NCBI GenBank assembly: GCA_047601445.1
Contig: JASGJH010000001.1
Coordinates: 6,368,001 to 6,432,000, forward strand
DNA length: 64,000 bases
Source of the DNA: Myxococcales bacterium
GTDB taxonomy: Bacteria > Myxococcota_A > Polyangia > Polyangiales > DASUME01
Reading direction: 5' to 3'
Every line of letters starts with the position of its first letter. Positions within the stretch are counted from its first letter, which is position 1. Below, one piece after another: positions 1-13,016 of the stretch. The notes under the pieces were generated by a model that saw nothing but the letters and a program-made list of their open reading frames with translations, was not told the DNA's origin and made no database searches. Position numbers and translations under genes: made by a program.

Positions 1-1780
<1,780 letters not shown>

Positions 1781-1898
1781 ACGGGTAGGCATCCGTCAGG
1801 GAGCGCACAAGGCAGAGGGCCAGAGGTCCTTCACCCTCGCCTTGGGGGAGTTGCGCTCCTAGCTTTCGGGGGTGTGGCTGCGCCTGGAGTCTCGGGAA

Positions 1899-1952
1899 GG
1901 CACTTCGTGAGCAAAGCGAACCTCGCGCTGGGGCGGGGCCCGGCGCTGCTTT
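1899..1952 (+). repeat. dispersed intergenic repeat, copy 1 (REP/MITE-like)
   Basis: GGCACTTCGTGAGCAAAGCGAACCTCGCGCTGGGGCGGGGCCCGGCGCTGCTTT, closely similar to 20251-20303. Confidence 0.8.
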
Positions 1953-2050
1953 TCCTCCTAACAAGCGCGCGGCATGCGTCTCTATCTGTTGTGCCCGCCC
2001 ACGCTCCTTCGTGGGGTGGCCGCGGAGTGCTCGTGGTATGAGGTTTTTCG

Positions 2051-2428
2051 ATGCTCGCTCGCTATCAGATCGTGCGCGGCAAGCGCGCGCCGGACGACCC
2101 GCTGCCTCAGGGCCATCGGATGGACACGCGCAAGCACACGAAGCACGTACTGCGGCCCGAGGCGGCCATGGTGGAGGAGCTCTTCGAGGATCTGAGCGAT
2201 GCGGCCTTCAAGCGCTTCGCGGCGGCCTACCGCAAGCTGCTCGAGCAGCGGTTTCACGAGGAGCGCGAGCGCTTCGACGAGATCGCGGAGTTGGCGCGCC
2301 ACGAAGACGTCTTTCTGGGCTGCAATTGCCCGAGCCTCAAGAACCCGGACGTTCAGCGTTGCCACACGGTGTTGGCGCTGGAGTTCTTCAAGCACAAGTA
2401 CCTCAAGCTGCGCGTCGTGATGCCCTAG
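2051..2428 (+). CDS. DUF488-like small protein
   Basis: LRP...F...Y...L and VFLGCNC...RCHTVL resemble the DUF488 L-x-C...C-H pattern; coding-like codon usage. Confidence 0.6.
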   Translation: MLARYQIVRGKRAPDDPLPQGHRMDTRKHTKHVLRPEAAMVEELFEDLSDAAFKRFAAAYRKLLEQRFHEERERFDEIAELARHEDVFLGCNCPSLKNPDVQRCHTVLALEFFKHKYLKLRVVMP

Positions 2429-2454
2429 CCTCGACCTTCGCGAACCGCGCATGG

Positions 2455-5400
2455 GTGCTTGCTCGCTGCTGGATCCTGGTGGCGTTCGCTCTGTCGGCGT
2501 GTGCACCGAGCGAGGAAGTCGATGCCGGAGCCGATGCGGCTTCGGGAGATGCTCGAGCGCCCGAAGCGGATGCGGGCCACGACGACTCGGAGCGGGAGGA
2601 CGCTGGTCCCGAGGACACGCGCCCGGTCTATCAGTGCCGGCTGCTCCTCACTTGGGACCACGATCAGGATCCCCACACGCCGTGCCGGAACACCACCTGG
2701 TGCGAGCCGGGGCAGGTCCTGGTGACGCAGGCTACGCGCATCAGCGATCGCGTGTGCAGGGATTGCGAGCCGGGTGAGTATTGCGCCGGGGATCTCAACG
2801 ATGCGCTGGCGTGTCAGACGGGCTTTTGGGATCACGATCAGGACCCCCGCACGCCGTGCGTGGCGCAAAAGCATTGCGCCCCGGGAACGCGTTGGTTGCA
2901 AGGTGGGGATACCGTCCATGATCGGGTGTGCGAGGCCTGTCCGAGTGGGACCTTCTCCACGTATACCGACGCGACGGGATGCGTGCCCTGGCAGCAATGT
3001 CCCAAGCGCACGGCGAGCGAGGGCACGGACCAGAGCGATCGCGTTTGCCTGGATTGGACCCAGTGCGGCGAGGGCTACTACGTGGTCGGCGTGGACGAGG
3101 TCTCCCAGGACCGCATCTGTGCCGCGTGTCCGGACGGGACCTTCAACGACAAGCTCAACGCGGCCGCCTGCACTGCCTGGCGCACCTGTCCACCTGGTGA
3201 GCACATCAAGTCCGCGGCCACTGCGTTCGTCGATCGCGTTTGCGAGTCGTGTCCTCCCGGCAGCTTTAGCACCGCCGACAACACGCCCACGTGCAGCTCT
3301 CACAGCTACTGCGGCGCGGGCACCTACGTGGTGACGCCTCCAGCGATCGACCACGACCGCACCTGCGCACCCTGCGTGGGGGGCTTCACCAACTCGTTCA
3401 ACCAGGCCGCGTGCACGCCCTTCCGCACGTGCAACCCGGGGACGCGCGAGAGCGTGGCAGCCACGCCGACCAACGACCGCACCTGCACAGCCTGCCCGGC
3501 ACGTTTCTTCAGCGACAGCACCAATGCCAAAACCTGTCGGCCCTGGAACCTGTGCGCGATCGGGGAGTACGAGACAGCGGCGCCCGACGCCAGCCATGAT
3601 CGGGCGTGCACCGCGTGGTCCAGCTGCTCCGCCGGGCAATACATCAGTACCCAGGGCAGCTCGCAGCGCGATCAGCGCTGCAGTGCCTGCACGAACGGCC
3701 TGCACAGCTACGTGAAGAATGCGGATGCGTGCAGCGAAAACCCCGGCAATTGCCCGCTGGGCCAGGCCTGGCAGGCAGGCCGCGGCTGCACGCCGTGTCG
3801 TAAGGGGCAGTACTGCGCCGGTGGCGGCGCGCCTGCCGTGCGGTGCGGCTTCCTCGACCGCGACTTCGACCCCAAGACCCCGTGCGCGCGCATCACCGAC
3901 TTTGCGATGGGCCCCCTCTACACCTGCATCCTCGAGGAGAACGCCGGCTGGACGTGCTGGGGCGACAACCGACATGGACAGACGGATCTGCCCGCCAGCA
4001 TGGGCCCGAGTCGACTCGAGCTCGCCGCGTCCTACGGCTGCTCACTCAACGACGGGCACGTACGCTGCTGGGGAGAGAGCATCCCCACCACGGCCAGCGA
4101 GCTCGAGAAACTACCGCCCCTGTCCGACCTCAGCGCAGGCGATCGCTTCCTCTGCATCCTGCCGCCCAGCGGAACTCCGGCTTGTGCCGGTACGCCGGCC
4201 GGTACGTTCAAGCAGCTTCTCGCGACGCAACTGAACGGTCCCTGCGCGCTGCTCACCGGAGGTACGGCGGTGTGCTTCGTGGACCAGCCCATCTACGGTG
4301 AGACTACGCTGAGCCTGCGCGGCATTCCGCTCGTCGACGCCGTGGGAAGCACCGCGGGTGGTGCCTACTGCGCGCTGGGCAACGACTACTCCATGGCGTG
4401 CAGTCAGGGTGCCGTCCCGAGCGACCTGGGCAGGGTCCTGCAGATCACGCAACACTGCGCGCTGAACGATGGCGGGGATGTCGCGTGCTGGGATGAGCAG
4501 GGGGAGCTTGCCGTCCCGGCGCTGGCGCACGTGACCAAGCTACGCTCTGCAGGGGCACGCGCGTGTGCGCTCGACCGAAAGGGAGCGCTGACTTGTTGGG
4601 CCATTGGAAGCGCGCAGCAGGACTTCGCCCTCGAGAACACGTTGCCCGAGGCGACGGGACGGGTGGTCCAGGTGGTCACCAGCGCGCGCGTCAGCGATGC
4701 CGAGCTGGGGCGCAGCTGCGCCATCGACGACGCGGGCGACCTCACGTGTTGGGGCAACAACGTCGCAGGTGCTGCACGGGTGCCCGAGGGCTTGGCAGAA
4801 GTGAAGGATGTGGCGTTGGGCCCGACGTTCACGTGCGCGCTCGAACAAACGGGGAGCGTGCGCTGCTGGGGCGAAGGCGCCCTGGACCTGGGCATCCCGG
4901 ATGCGCTCTCCGACGTGGTCGAGCTCGAGGCGGGTGACGGGCACTTGTGCGCGATCTCGTCGGACGCGCGTGTGACCTGCTGGGGCGAGAATGACTCGGG
5001 CCAGGCGAGCGTGCCGGCGGGGCTCGCTGGAGCGCTCGAGCTGTCGCTGGGAGAGCGACACAGCTGCGCGCGAAGCAAGATCGGGGTCGTGACCTGTTGG
5101 GGAGCTGCGGGCGACAGTCAGGTGCCCGCCGACTTGGGCGCCGCGAAAGCCATCGCCTCGGGATCACGTCACGTGTGTGCCATCAAGGCAGACGACACCC
5201 TGCGCTGTTGGGGGAGCGCCGTGAACTCGAGTGCCATGACTCCGCCGCTCGAACTCGGCGCAGTGAAAGACGTGGCCGCAGGTCTCGCGCACACCTGTGC
5301 CGTGCTCAAGGAAGACAACAGCGTGGTGTGCTGGGGGGATGACGCACGCGGCAACCTCGCCGTGCCCGCGGAGCTCGGTCCCGCGACAGGCTTGGTGTCG

Positions 5401-5487
5401 GGTGGGCTTCACACTTGCGCCATCGACGTGCATCACCAGGTGTACTGCTGGGGGGAGAACGAGAGCGGCGAGGCGCGCGTCTTCTAA
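2455..5487 (+). CDS. large lipoprotein with TNFR-like Cys-rich repeats and C-terminal RCC1 repeats
   Basis: Probable GTG start at 2455 with lipobox FALSAC; repeated DRxCxxCxxGTFS...CxxWxxC units, then many HxCA...V.CWG.N..G (RCC1) repeats. The ORF-track start at 2011 overlaps the DUF488-like gene. Confidence 0.8.
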   Translation: MLARCWILVAFALSACAPSEEVDAGADAASGDARAPEADAGHDDSEREDAGPEDTRPVYQCRLLLTWDHDQDPHTPCRNTTWCEPGQVLVTQATRISDRVCRDCEPGEYCAGDLNDALACQTGFWDHDQDPRTPCVAQKHCAPGTRWLQGGDTVHDRVCEACPSGTFSTYTDATGCVPWQQCPKRTASEGTDQSDRVCLDWTQCGEGYYVVGVDEVSQDRICAACPDGTFNDKLNAAACTAWRTCPPGEHIKSAATAFVDRVCESCPPGSFSTADNTPTCSSHSYCGAGTYVVTPPAIDHDRTCAPCVGGFTNSFNQAACTPFRTCNPGTRESVAATPTNDRTCTACPARFFSDSTNAKTCRPWNLCAIGEYETAAPDASHDRACTAWSSCSAGQYISTQGSSQRDQRCSACTNGLHSYVKNADACSENPGNCPLGQAWQAGRGCTPCRKGQYCAGGGAPAVRCGFLDRDFDPKTPCARITDFAMGPLYTCILEENAGWTCWGDNRHGQTDLPASMGPSRLELAASYGCSLNDGHVRCWGESIPTTASELEKLPPLSDLSAGDRFLCILPPSGTPACAGTPAGTFKQLLATQLNGPCALLTGGTAVCFVDQPIYGETTLSLRGIPLVDAVGSTAGGAYCALGNDYSMACSQGAVPSDLGRVLQITQHCALNDGGDVACWDEQGELAVPALAHVTKLRSAGARACALDRKGALTCWAIGSAQQDFALENTLPEATGRVVQVVTSARVSDAELGRSCAIDDAGDLTCWGNNVAGAARVPEGLAEVKDVALGPTFTCALEQTGSVRCWGEGALDLGIPDALSDVVELEAGDGHLCAISSDARVTCWGENDSGQASVPAGLAGALELSLGERHSCARSKIGVVTCWGAAGDSQVPADLGAAKAIASGSRHVCAIKADDTLRCWGSAVNSSAMTPPLELGAVKDVAAGLAHTCAVLKEDNSVVCWGDDARGNLAVPAELGPATGLVSGGLHTCAIDVHHQVYCWGENESGEARVF

Positions 5488-5497
5488 CGGTGCGCGC

Positions 5498-6688
5498 TCA
5501 AGGCTTGCAGGCGCTCTCGAAGAGCCCAAGGCTCGCGAGCGCGACGCAAGTGCCTGTTTGGCACTCGGTGCCGGCGGCGCAGCGATCGTTGGGATCCGAG
5601 CACGAGGCACCCTCGTCGCGGATGGCCCGACACTTGCCGTAGCCTTGGGCGTCGATCTCGGCGCACGCCAGACCGTCCGTGCACTCGTTGTTGGTGCACG
5701 CGGAGCCCGGACCACGGCCGGCCGTGCACGTGTTGGAAATGCTTTCGCAGTATGCGTTGAGCTCGCAGTAGCGGTACGGGTTGCCGACAGCCGAGGAATC
5801 AGCACAGTCTTGGCCTACCTTGGGCAACGCGGTGCAGACGCGGGGGAGGGCCCGGGGACAGTAGGAAGTGGCGGGGCACTCGTCCCGGGAGCACTCCGTG
5901 CCGAGGGGCAGCTCCACGCAGCGATTCCCGGTGCTCGAGCTGGCGTCGGGCTCACATGAAAAGAACTTTACGCAGTTGCCCCCGTTTGGGTCGCACGGCT
6001 CGCCTGCCTTGGCCTCTGCATAGGGCGTGACCTTGCCGATCTTCGCGCACATGCCTTGCTCGCACGCGAGGCCAGGCGCACAAGGGGGGGTGGTGTTGTT
6101 GCAAGTGGCTCCTTCGTTCAAGGGGGCCACGCACACGCCGCAGCTGGTTGGGCTGCCCGAACACGCGCGAGATGCGCACTGGCTGCTGAACACGCAGGCC
6201 TCGCCCAGGGCGCGCGTGCCCGCGCTGGCGCAGGCAGGAACCACGTTGCTCAGAGCATCCTCGCAGGAGAGTTTGCTCCAGGCCTTTGCACAAGCGAGCA
6301 CCGTGGCTGGATCGCGCGTGGATCCTGGCGCAAACAGGAAGTCCGGGCACTCCGCGATGGCGACTTCGCAGGACAGGGCGACGTTCGCGTACTTGCAATA
6401 CGCTCGGCGATCGCACTGGGCTTGCACGTAAGCCCGGCAGGCGGCTCGAGCGCTCACGTGGGTGAGGCCGCCATCGGAGAGGGGCCCCGTGGTGCTGCCG
6501 TCGCGGCCAGCATCGCTCGGGGCCGTGCTCGCGTCCCCATCGCCGTCTCCGTCTCCGCCGCCGTCGTGCGAGGACATGAGACTCCCCGAGTCGGAAGCGT
6601 GGTCCGAGCTCTCGGAGCAAGCGGCCAGGCCGAGTGCGAGCGCCATGAACCAGGGGATCAAGTGAGGACGACGAGAAGGTACGAGCAT
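5498..6688 (-). CDS. Cys-rich lipoprotein (Dickkopf-like small Cys repeats)
   Basis: Lipobox LGLAAC, acidic GDGDGDGD linker, repeated GExC...C..GLxC units; start uncertain (6688-6724). Confidence 0.7.
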   Translation of the reverse strand: MLVPSRRPHLIPWFMALALGLAACSESSDHASDSGSLMSSHDGGGDGDGDGDASTAPSDAGRDGSTTGPLSDGGLTHVSARAACRAYVQAQCDRRAYCKYANVALSCEVAIAECPDFLFAPGSTRDPATVLACAKAWSKLSCEDALSNVVPACASAGTRALGEACVFSSQCASRACSGSPTSCGVCVAPLNEGATCNNTTPPCAPGLACEQGMCAKIGKVTPYAEAKAGEPCDPNGGNCVKFFSCEPDASSSTGNRCVELPLGTECSRDECPATSYCPRALPRVCTALPKVGQDCADSSAVGNPYRYCELNAYCESISNTCTAGRGPGSACTNNECTDGLACAEIDAQGYGKCRAIRDEGASCSDPNDRCAAGTECQTGTCVALASLGLFESACKP

Positions 6689-6758
6689 GGGGTGATGGTC
6701 GCATGACCTTCCATGAGTCCCCAAGCTAGCGGGCAGGCTTCACCCCTTCGTGACGCCG

Positions 6759-7319
6759 CTACAACAGCGCCAGCTGAGGTACACAATGAGCCAGCACGGT
6801 CCAGCCCGTCCCGCAGGCAATGGCGAGCGCGTAGGGCATCTGGTGCAACTTGTGGCCCGGCTCGTCGATACGGCGCGCAAGGAGTTGGCCTCGCCGTAGA
6901 TTCGTCCAGACGGCATTCAGCTGGGCGTGGCGGGCACTCTGGGCGAGCGCCATCACCCCGCCAGCGAGCGCCGTCGCCACGATGACCTGCAGCATGGGAA
7001 CTGGGCCGAAGCACACGCCGAGTGCGACCATGAGCTTGGTGTCGCCGAACCCCACGGCGCCGAGCCAAGACAGAGGCAGAAACACGGCGAGTGCGAGGGC
7101 CGCGCCGCTCAACGCGAGGCCAAGCGGGATCCACACGGTGCGGCCCGCGGCGAGTGCGATCGCGAGCTGCAACGCAAGGCCTACCAGGGCCGTCGTGGCG
7201 GTAAGACGATTGGGGATCCGACGTTGCTTAAAGTCGATGGCCACCGCGATCCCACAGGCCACCAGGGCGGTCCCCGCCCGCAACGCGAAGCTGAGTTCCG
7301 CCTCGGTGCCCACGGTCAA
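6759..7319 (-). CDS. cpaA: A24 prepilin peptidase (CpaA/TadV)
   Basis: D-FKQRRIPN, GFGDTKL and MPYALAI motifs; last gene of the Tad cluster. Confidence 0.9.
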   Translation of the reverse strand: MTVGTEAELSFALRAGTALVACGIAVAIDFKQRRIPNRLTATTALVGLALQLAIALAAGRTVWIPLGLALSGAALALAVFLPLSWLGAVGFGDTKLMVALGVCFGPVPMLQVIVATALAGGVMALAQSARHAQLNAVWTNLRRGQLLARRIDEPGHKLHQMPYALAIACGTGWTVLAHCVPQLALL

Positions 7320-8488
7320 TCTACGAGCCGCGGACGGGCCAGGGTGCCGAAGAACCCTCCGCCTGCGGGCGCGTCCTCAGCCTTCTCGTCGCACACGCCG
7401 TTCTTTCGATGCACAGAGACCAAGAGGAACTTTCCAGACGATGGAGGTTTGGCGCAGGTGGTGGAGGAGGAGGAGAAGGGCGGCGCCGCGACGGCGCGTT
7501 GTGCGTTGGGGCCATTGCCGCAACTGATGCCGTAGATGTCGACCTTGACGTGACCTGCGATCGGCACGTTGCCGTTGATCCCGAAGGAGCCGCAGTTGGG
7601 GCCAGGCGCGAGTCCCGTGCGGATGACAGGGGCCATCACCGTAAAGTACTGCGGGGTGCCGTTGCGCATCAGCACCTGGTAGATCTTTTCGCAGAACCCC
7701 TGCTTGCTGGTGTTCATCAGATTGCCGCCGTTGACGGGGATCTGTTGATCCGTGCGGGTGGGGTTGCAGCCTGCTCCGGGGCCCCTGCACTCGAAGCTAT
7801 TGGGGTCGACGGCGACCGCGTTGCCATTGAAGCAAGCCGACTGCACCGCATCCGTGATCTGCGCCTCGCCGCGGCCTCCGCTCGAAAAGGTGGTCCAGCC
7901 GGCGTTATCGTCGTTCGCGGTCGCCATGCGCAGGCAGAGGTCGCAGTTCGCCGTGGTGGCGGCTGCGGCGAGCGCGCAATCCGTGATCACCAGCGGGAAG
8001 GCGCAGGCGGTGGTCATGGGTCCGCCGCCGATGGCGATCGCGGAGTTGCGTACGGCCTGCGAGCCCTTGCCGATCACCGAGGCGAAGGGAGTCGCCACGG
8101 CCGGGACGTCGTACTCGACGCGCACCGAGTTGGCCTGCGCAGGGTCGTTGGTGGCCGTGAATTTGCGCGTGGTGAGGTTCCAGCTGCCGAGGGTGATGTC
8201 TTTGCCCGCCAGCTGCACGCTGCCTGCGTAGGACTTGTGCCGATTCCCGTAGTCGGTGGCGCGCTGCGTGGCGGCGGTCATGCCCGAAGCACGACCATTG
8301 AGCCCACCCGCGCCGGCGAGCGCGGCGGAGTCGACGGCTGCCTGATCCGCGGTGCGCACGCGGTACAAACTCCCCGCGTCCACCGACAGCGCTGCGAACG
8401 CCATCAAGGTGGGCAGCAGGATGGCGACCACCAGGGCCACGTTGCCCTCGCGTCTTCGGCCCTTGGGTCTCTGGTTGGCGTTCGTCAT
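7316..8488 (-). CDS. tadG: TadG-like pilus assembly protein
   Basis: Prepilin-like N-terminus REG/NVALVVAILLP...VDAG...QAAVDSAALAGA; Cys-rich C-terminal part. Confidence 0.85.
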   Translation of the reverse strand: MTNANQRPKGRRREGNVALVVAILLPTLMAFAALSVDAGSLYRVRTADQAAVDSAALAGAGGLNGRASGMTAATQRATDYGNRHKSYAGSVQLAGKDITLGSWNLTTRKFTATNDPAQANSVRVEYDVPAVATPFASVIGKGSQAVRNSAIAIGGGPMTTACAFPLVITDCALAAAATTANCDLCLRMATANDDNAGWTTFSSGGRGEAQITDAVQSACFNGNAVAVDPNSFECRGPGAGCNPTRTDQQIPVNGGNLMNTSKQGFCEKIYQVLMRNGTPQYFTVMAPVIRTGLAPGPNCGSFGINGNVPIAGHVKVDIYGISCGNGPNAQRAVAAPPFSSSSTTCAKPPSSGKFLLVSVHRKNGVCDEKAEDAPAGGGFFGTLARPRLVD

Positions 8489-8500
8489 GACGTGACGGCG

Positions 8501-8806
8501 CTACTTGGTCGACGGCTCGTCGTCGTCCTGGAGCAGCAGGACCTTCGACGGCTCCGGAGCAGGAGCGGATTGTTCCTCCGCGCCCAGGGATTCGCGGTAG
8601 CTCTGATGGATCAGGGACGCCTCCTCCGAGTCGAGCCCGCGCGGCGAGCCCTGGGAAGCCTCCGCGTACACGTGCTGGCGCGCGTTGAACTCGCGGCTCC
8701 TGCGTCCGTAGTTGTCACTCATGTGTTCACGCTGGCAGCCCGCCAGCCACGCGCCGCAGCTCGCGGCCAGCGCGCACGAAATCAGGCGTCTTGTCAGTGT
8801 CATCAT
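8501..8806 (-). CDS. small Tad-associated lipoprotein
   Basis: ATG at 8806 overlaps the tadD stop; lipobox WLAGC; GLDSEEA...Y motif; lies between tadD and tadG. Confidence 0.7.
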   Translation of the reverse strand: MMTLTRRLISCALAASCGAWLAGCQREHMSDNYGRRSREFNARQHVYAEASQGSPRGLDSEEASLIHQSYRESLGAEEQSAPAPEPSKVLLLQDDDEPSTK

Positions 8807-9693
8807 GGCGCACCCTCCGAGGTGTCGGGGACTTTCGCCTGCGAGACGGCGGCCTCGGCGGGCGGCAGCGGCTCGTTGGCGAACGTTTTGGGCAGGTCGA
8901 CCTCGGGGACGGGAACGCCCATGCGTTGACAGACGCGGTCGAGGTTGGCGCGCGCCGGCACGAGCAGCGGATTCTGGCGCACCGCGAGGTGGTAGTACTC
9001 GTAGGCGTGCTGGTCGTCGCCCATGTCCTCGTACACGAAGCCGAGGTTGTTGCTGACCTGGGCGGGTGGTCCGGCGAGCTTGAAGTGCTCCTGTGCCTTG
9101 TCGATGCGGCCCAGCTTGGCGTAGGCGAAGGCCAGGTTGTTGTGCACGCGATGGTCGGCCATGTCGCGTGCCAGGGCGGCCTTGTAGGCGAAGATGGCGC
9201 GTTCGTAGCTGCCCTCGAGGTAGAGGCTGAAGCCGAGGTTGTTGCGGAACGAGGGATTCTTGGGCGCCTCGCGAATGGAGAGGCGATGTCGCAGCTGGGC
9301 CTCGCCGTGGCGCCCCAGCGTGTCGAGCAGCACACCCAGCAGGGCGTGAGCCTCCGCGCATTTCGGGTCGAAGCGCAGCGCCGTCTTGAGCGCCCGCTCC
9401 GCCAGATCGAACTGCTTCATGTCGAGGTAGGCGCGCCCCAGCATGCAGTGCGCCTCCACCGACTCCGGCTTCATTTCCAGCAAGCGATGGATCACCCGGC
9501 TCGCCTCGAGCGGCTGGTTGGTACGCAGCAGGGTCTGCGCGACCGCGCGGTTGAAGCTGTAGGGGTTGGCCCGATCGTCCTGGAAAAAGGCGGCCTCTTG
9601 CTCGCTCAGGTTCTGTTGGTGGGCACAGGCCGACAGCCACAGCGCGGCGAGCGCGACGACCCTGAGCAAGGGGGTTCGTGAGCGAAGCGTCAT
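8803..9693 (-). CDS. tadD: TPR lipoprotein, TadD-like pilotin
   Basis: Lipobox LWLSAC, multiple TPRs (NNLGFSLY, HNNLAFAY, SNNLGFVY); start at 9693 overlaps the tadC stop. Confidence 0.85.
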   Translation of the reverse strand: MTLRSRTPLLRVVALAALWLSACAHQQNLSEQEAAFFQDDRANPYSFNRAVAQTLLRTNQPLEASRVIHRLLEMKPESVEAHCMLGRAYLDMKQFDLAERALKTALRFDPKCAEAHALLGVLLDTLGRHGEAQLRHRLSIREAPKNPSFRNNLGFSLYLEGSYERAIFAYKAALARDMADHRVHNNLAFAYAKLGRIDKAQEHFKLAGPPAQVSNNLGFVYEDMGDDQHAYEYYHLAVRQNPLLVPARANLDRVCQRMGVPVPEVDLPKTFANEPLPPAEAAVSQAKVPDTSEGAP

Positions 9694-10661
9694 TGTCCTC
9701 CCATGGCTGGCACCATGATGCGCGCGATGTTGATTACGGCCGGTCCGAGTAGAAACGTGAACAGCGAAGGCAAGATGCACATCACGAGCGGGATCGTCAT
9801 TTTCACACTCGCCGCAGCCGCATAGCGCTCGGCGGTCTGGGTCCGTCGTATGCGCATCGCCTCGGACATCACGCGCAGCGAGGTCGCGATGGAGGTTCCG
9901 AACACCTCGGCCTGTACGATCACGGACGCCAGGTACTTGAGCTCGTCCACGCCCGTGCGCTGCGCCAGGCGACGAAAGGCTTCGCCGCGCGTGAGTCCGG
10001 CGCGCATTTCCAGCGCCGCCTGCGTGAGCTCCTCCGCCAGCAGCGGTACCGAGAGCCGGATCTCTCCCGCGATTCGGTTGAGTGCGCCCTCGAGCCCCAG
10101 GCCGGCCTCCACACAGGTCACCAGGAGATCCATGGCGTCAGGCAGACCGTGGTTGATGGCCGACTTTCGATCGGCGACGCGCCCCGCGAGCCACAAGTTG
10201 GGAAAGTAGAAGCCGACCATCATGGCGACCACGGTGTAGAGCGCCAGGCGATCAGTGGGCTGCACGCGCGCCATGTTGGCGATCAGGACCGCGCCGGCCC
10301 CCAGCATGCACAGGATCACCTTGGCCGCCAGGAAGGTGTAGAGGGCGCGTTCGCTGCGGTACCCCGCGTGGCTGAGCCGCGCCTTGAGGCCCGCCAACTC
10401 GACCTCGTCGCCGGGTTTGGCCACCTTGGCGATGGGCCGCACCGCTGCGTCGAGCAGGGAGTCTTCCGCGGCGATGCTGCCCAGACTGCGCGCTTCGACG
10501 GCGCTCTGCGTGGTGCGCCGCATGCGCCGCTGGATCGGATCCTCGCGCGAGGCCGCGATGGACCTCAAGCCCACCAGCAGAAACGAGATGGTGGCGGTCG
10601 AGAGCACGAACACGGCGATCTGCAGGACTGGGCCACCGAGCTGCTGGAAAATCTCGTTCAA
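9690..10661 (-). CDS. tadC: Tad inner-membrane protein TadC (T2SSF family)
   Basis: LPDAMDLLVTCVEAGLGL, QAEVFGTSI, KMTIPLVMCILP. Confidence 0.92.
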   Translation of the reverse strand: MNEIFQQLGGPVLQIAVFVLSTATISFLLVGLRSIAASREDPIQRRMRRTTQSAVEARSLGSIAAEDSLLDAAVRPIAKVAKPGDEVELAGLKARLSHAGYRSERALYTFLAAKVILCMLGAGAVLIANMARVQPTDRLALYTVVAMMVGFYFPNLWLAGRVADRKSAINHGLPDAMDLLVTCVEAGLGLEGALNRIAGEIRLSVPLLAEELTQAALEMRAGLTRGEAFRRLAQRTGVDELKYLASVIVQAEVFGTSIATSLRVMSEAMRIRRTQTAERYAAAASVKMTIPLVMCILPSLFTFLLGPAVINIARIMVPAMGGQ

Positions 10662-10722
10662 GCCACACCGCCTTTCTCACATTTGCTCTCACGTCGTGCG
10701 CTGCGCCGCGACGGAGTCGCCC

Positions 10723-11681
10723 TCAGTACTTCACCTGCGCGAGCCGGAACAACCACAGGAGGCCGCCCGCCCACAGGCAGAGTCCTGCCAGGATGAAGTA
10801 GGGCCCGATCGGATCGGTCTTCAACACGCTCAAGTAGCCGGGGTTGGTCGCCAGCAGATAGGTCAGCGTCAGCGGCGGCAGGGCGCCCAAAAAGATGCCG
10901 GACATGCGAGCTTCGGCGGTGAGCGCTGCGAGCTTGCCCTGGAACTTGAAGCGCTCGCGGATGGTATGAGAGATTTGTTGCAGGATCTCGACGAGGTTGC
11001 CGCCCGTCTCGTGCTGCAGGGTCACGGAGACCGCGAAGATCTTGAGATCGAGGTTGCCAGGCACGCGCTCGGTGATGTGGGTGACCGCGTCGCGAAACTC
11101 GACGCCGATGTTGGTCTCCTCGGCGCAGCGCGCGAATTCCACGGCCACCGGCGCTGGCATCTCGGTGGCCACCAGGCGAAAGGCCGCACCGAGTCCGTGA
11201 CCTGCGCGCAGCGAGCGCGACATCATGTCGAGGGCCTCCGGTAGTTGCTCGGAGAGCGAAGCGCTGCGCTTGGCGCGCGACATCACGGCGATCAAGAACG
11301 GGATCGACGCTGCCAGTGCGCCGGTGAGCCCGGCCACGAGGAGACTCTCGCCCAGCGCCACGTAAGCGCCCGCTGCGGAAACCCCCGCCGCTGCGAGCGC
11401 GAACGAAAGCATGCTCGCCACCGTCCACTCGAGGCTCGTCTGCACCAGCAGCCGCTCGAGTGTGTCCGTGAACGGAAGCTGGCGGAGCACCCGCTCGAGC
11501 TCGCGGTTCCTCGCCACGCGCTGCTCTCGCAGCAAGTTGGCCGACGCCTGCTCGCGTGCGGCCCGCAACCGGCGCAAGAGGTCGGCCTTCTTGCGCTCGC
11601 CGGAGTAGCGCAGCACGTTGTACAGGGCTTCGACGAGCCCGAGCACCGCCAGCGCGGTGGCGATGAGGATCACGGTGGACA

Positions 11682-11682
<1 letters not shown>
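10723..11682 (-). CDS. tadB: Tad inner-membrane protein TadB (T2SSF family)
   Basis: QLPEALDMMSRSLRAGH, ETGGNLVEIL, LTAEARMS. Confidence 0.92.
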
Positions 11683-13000
<1,318 letters not shown>

Positions 13001-13016
<16 letters not shown>

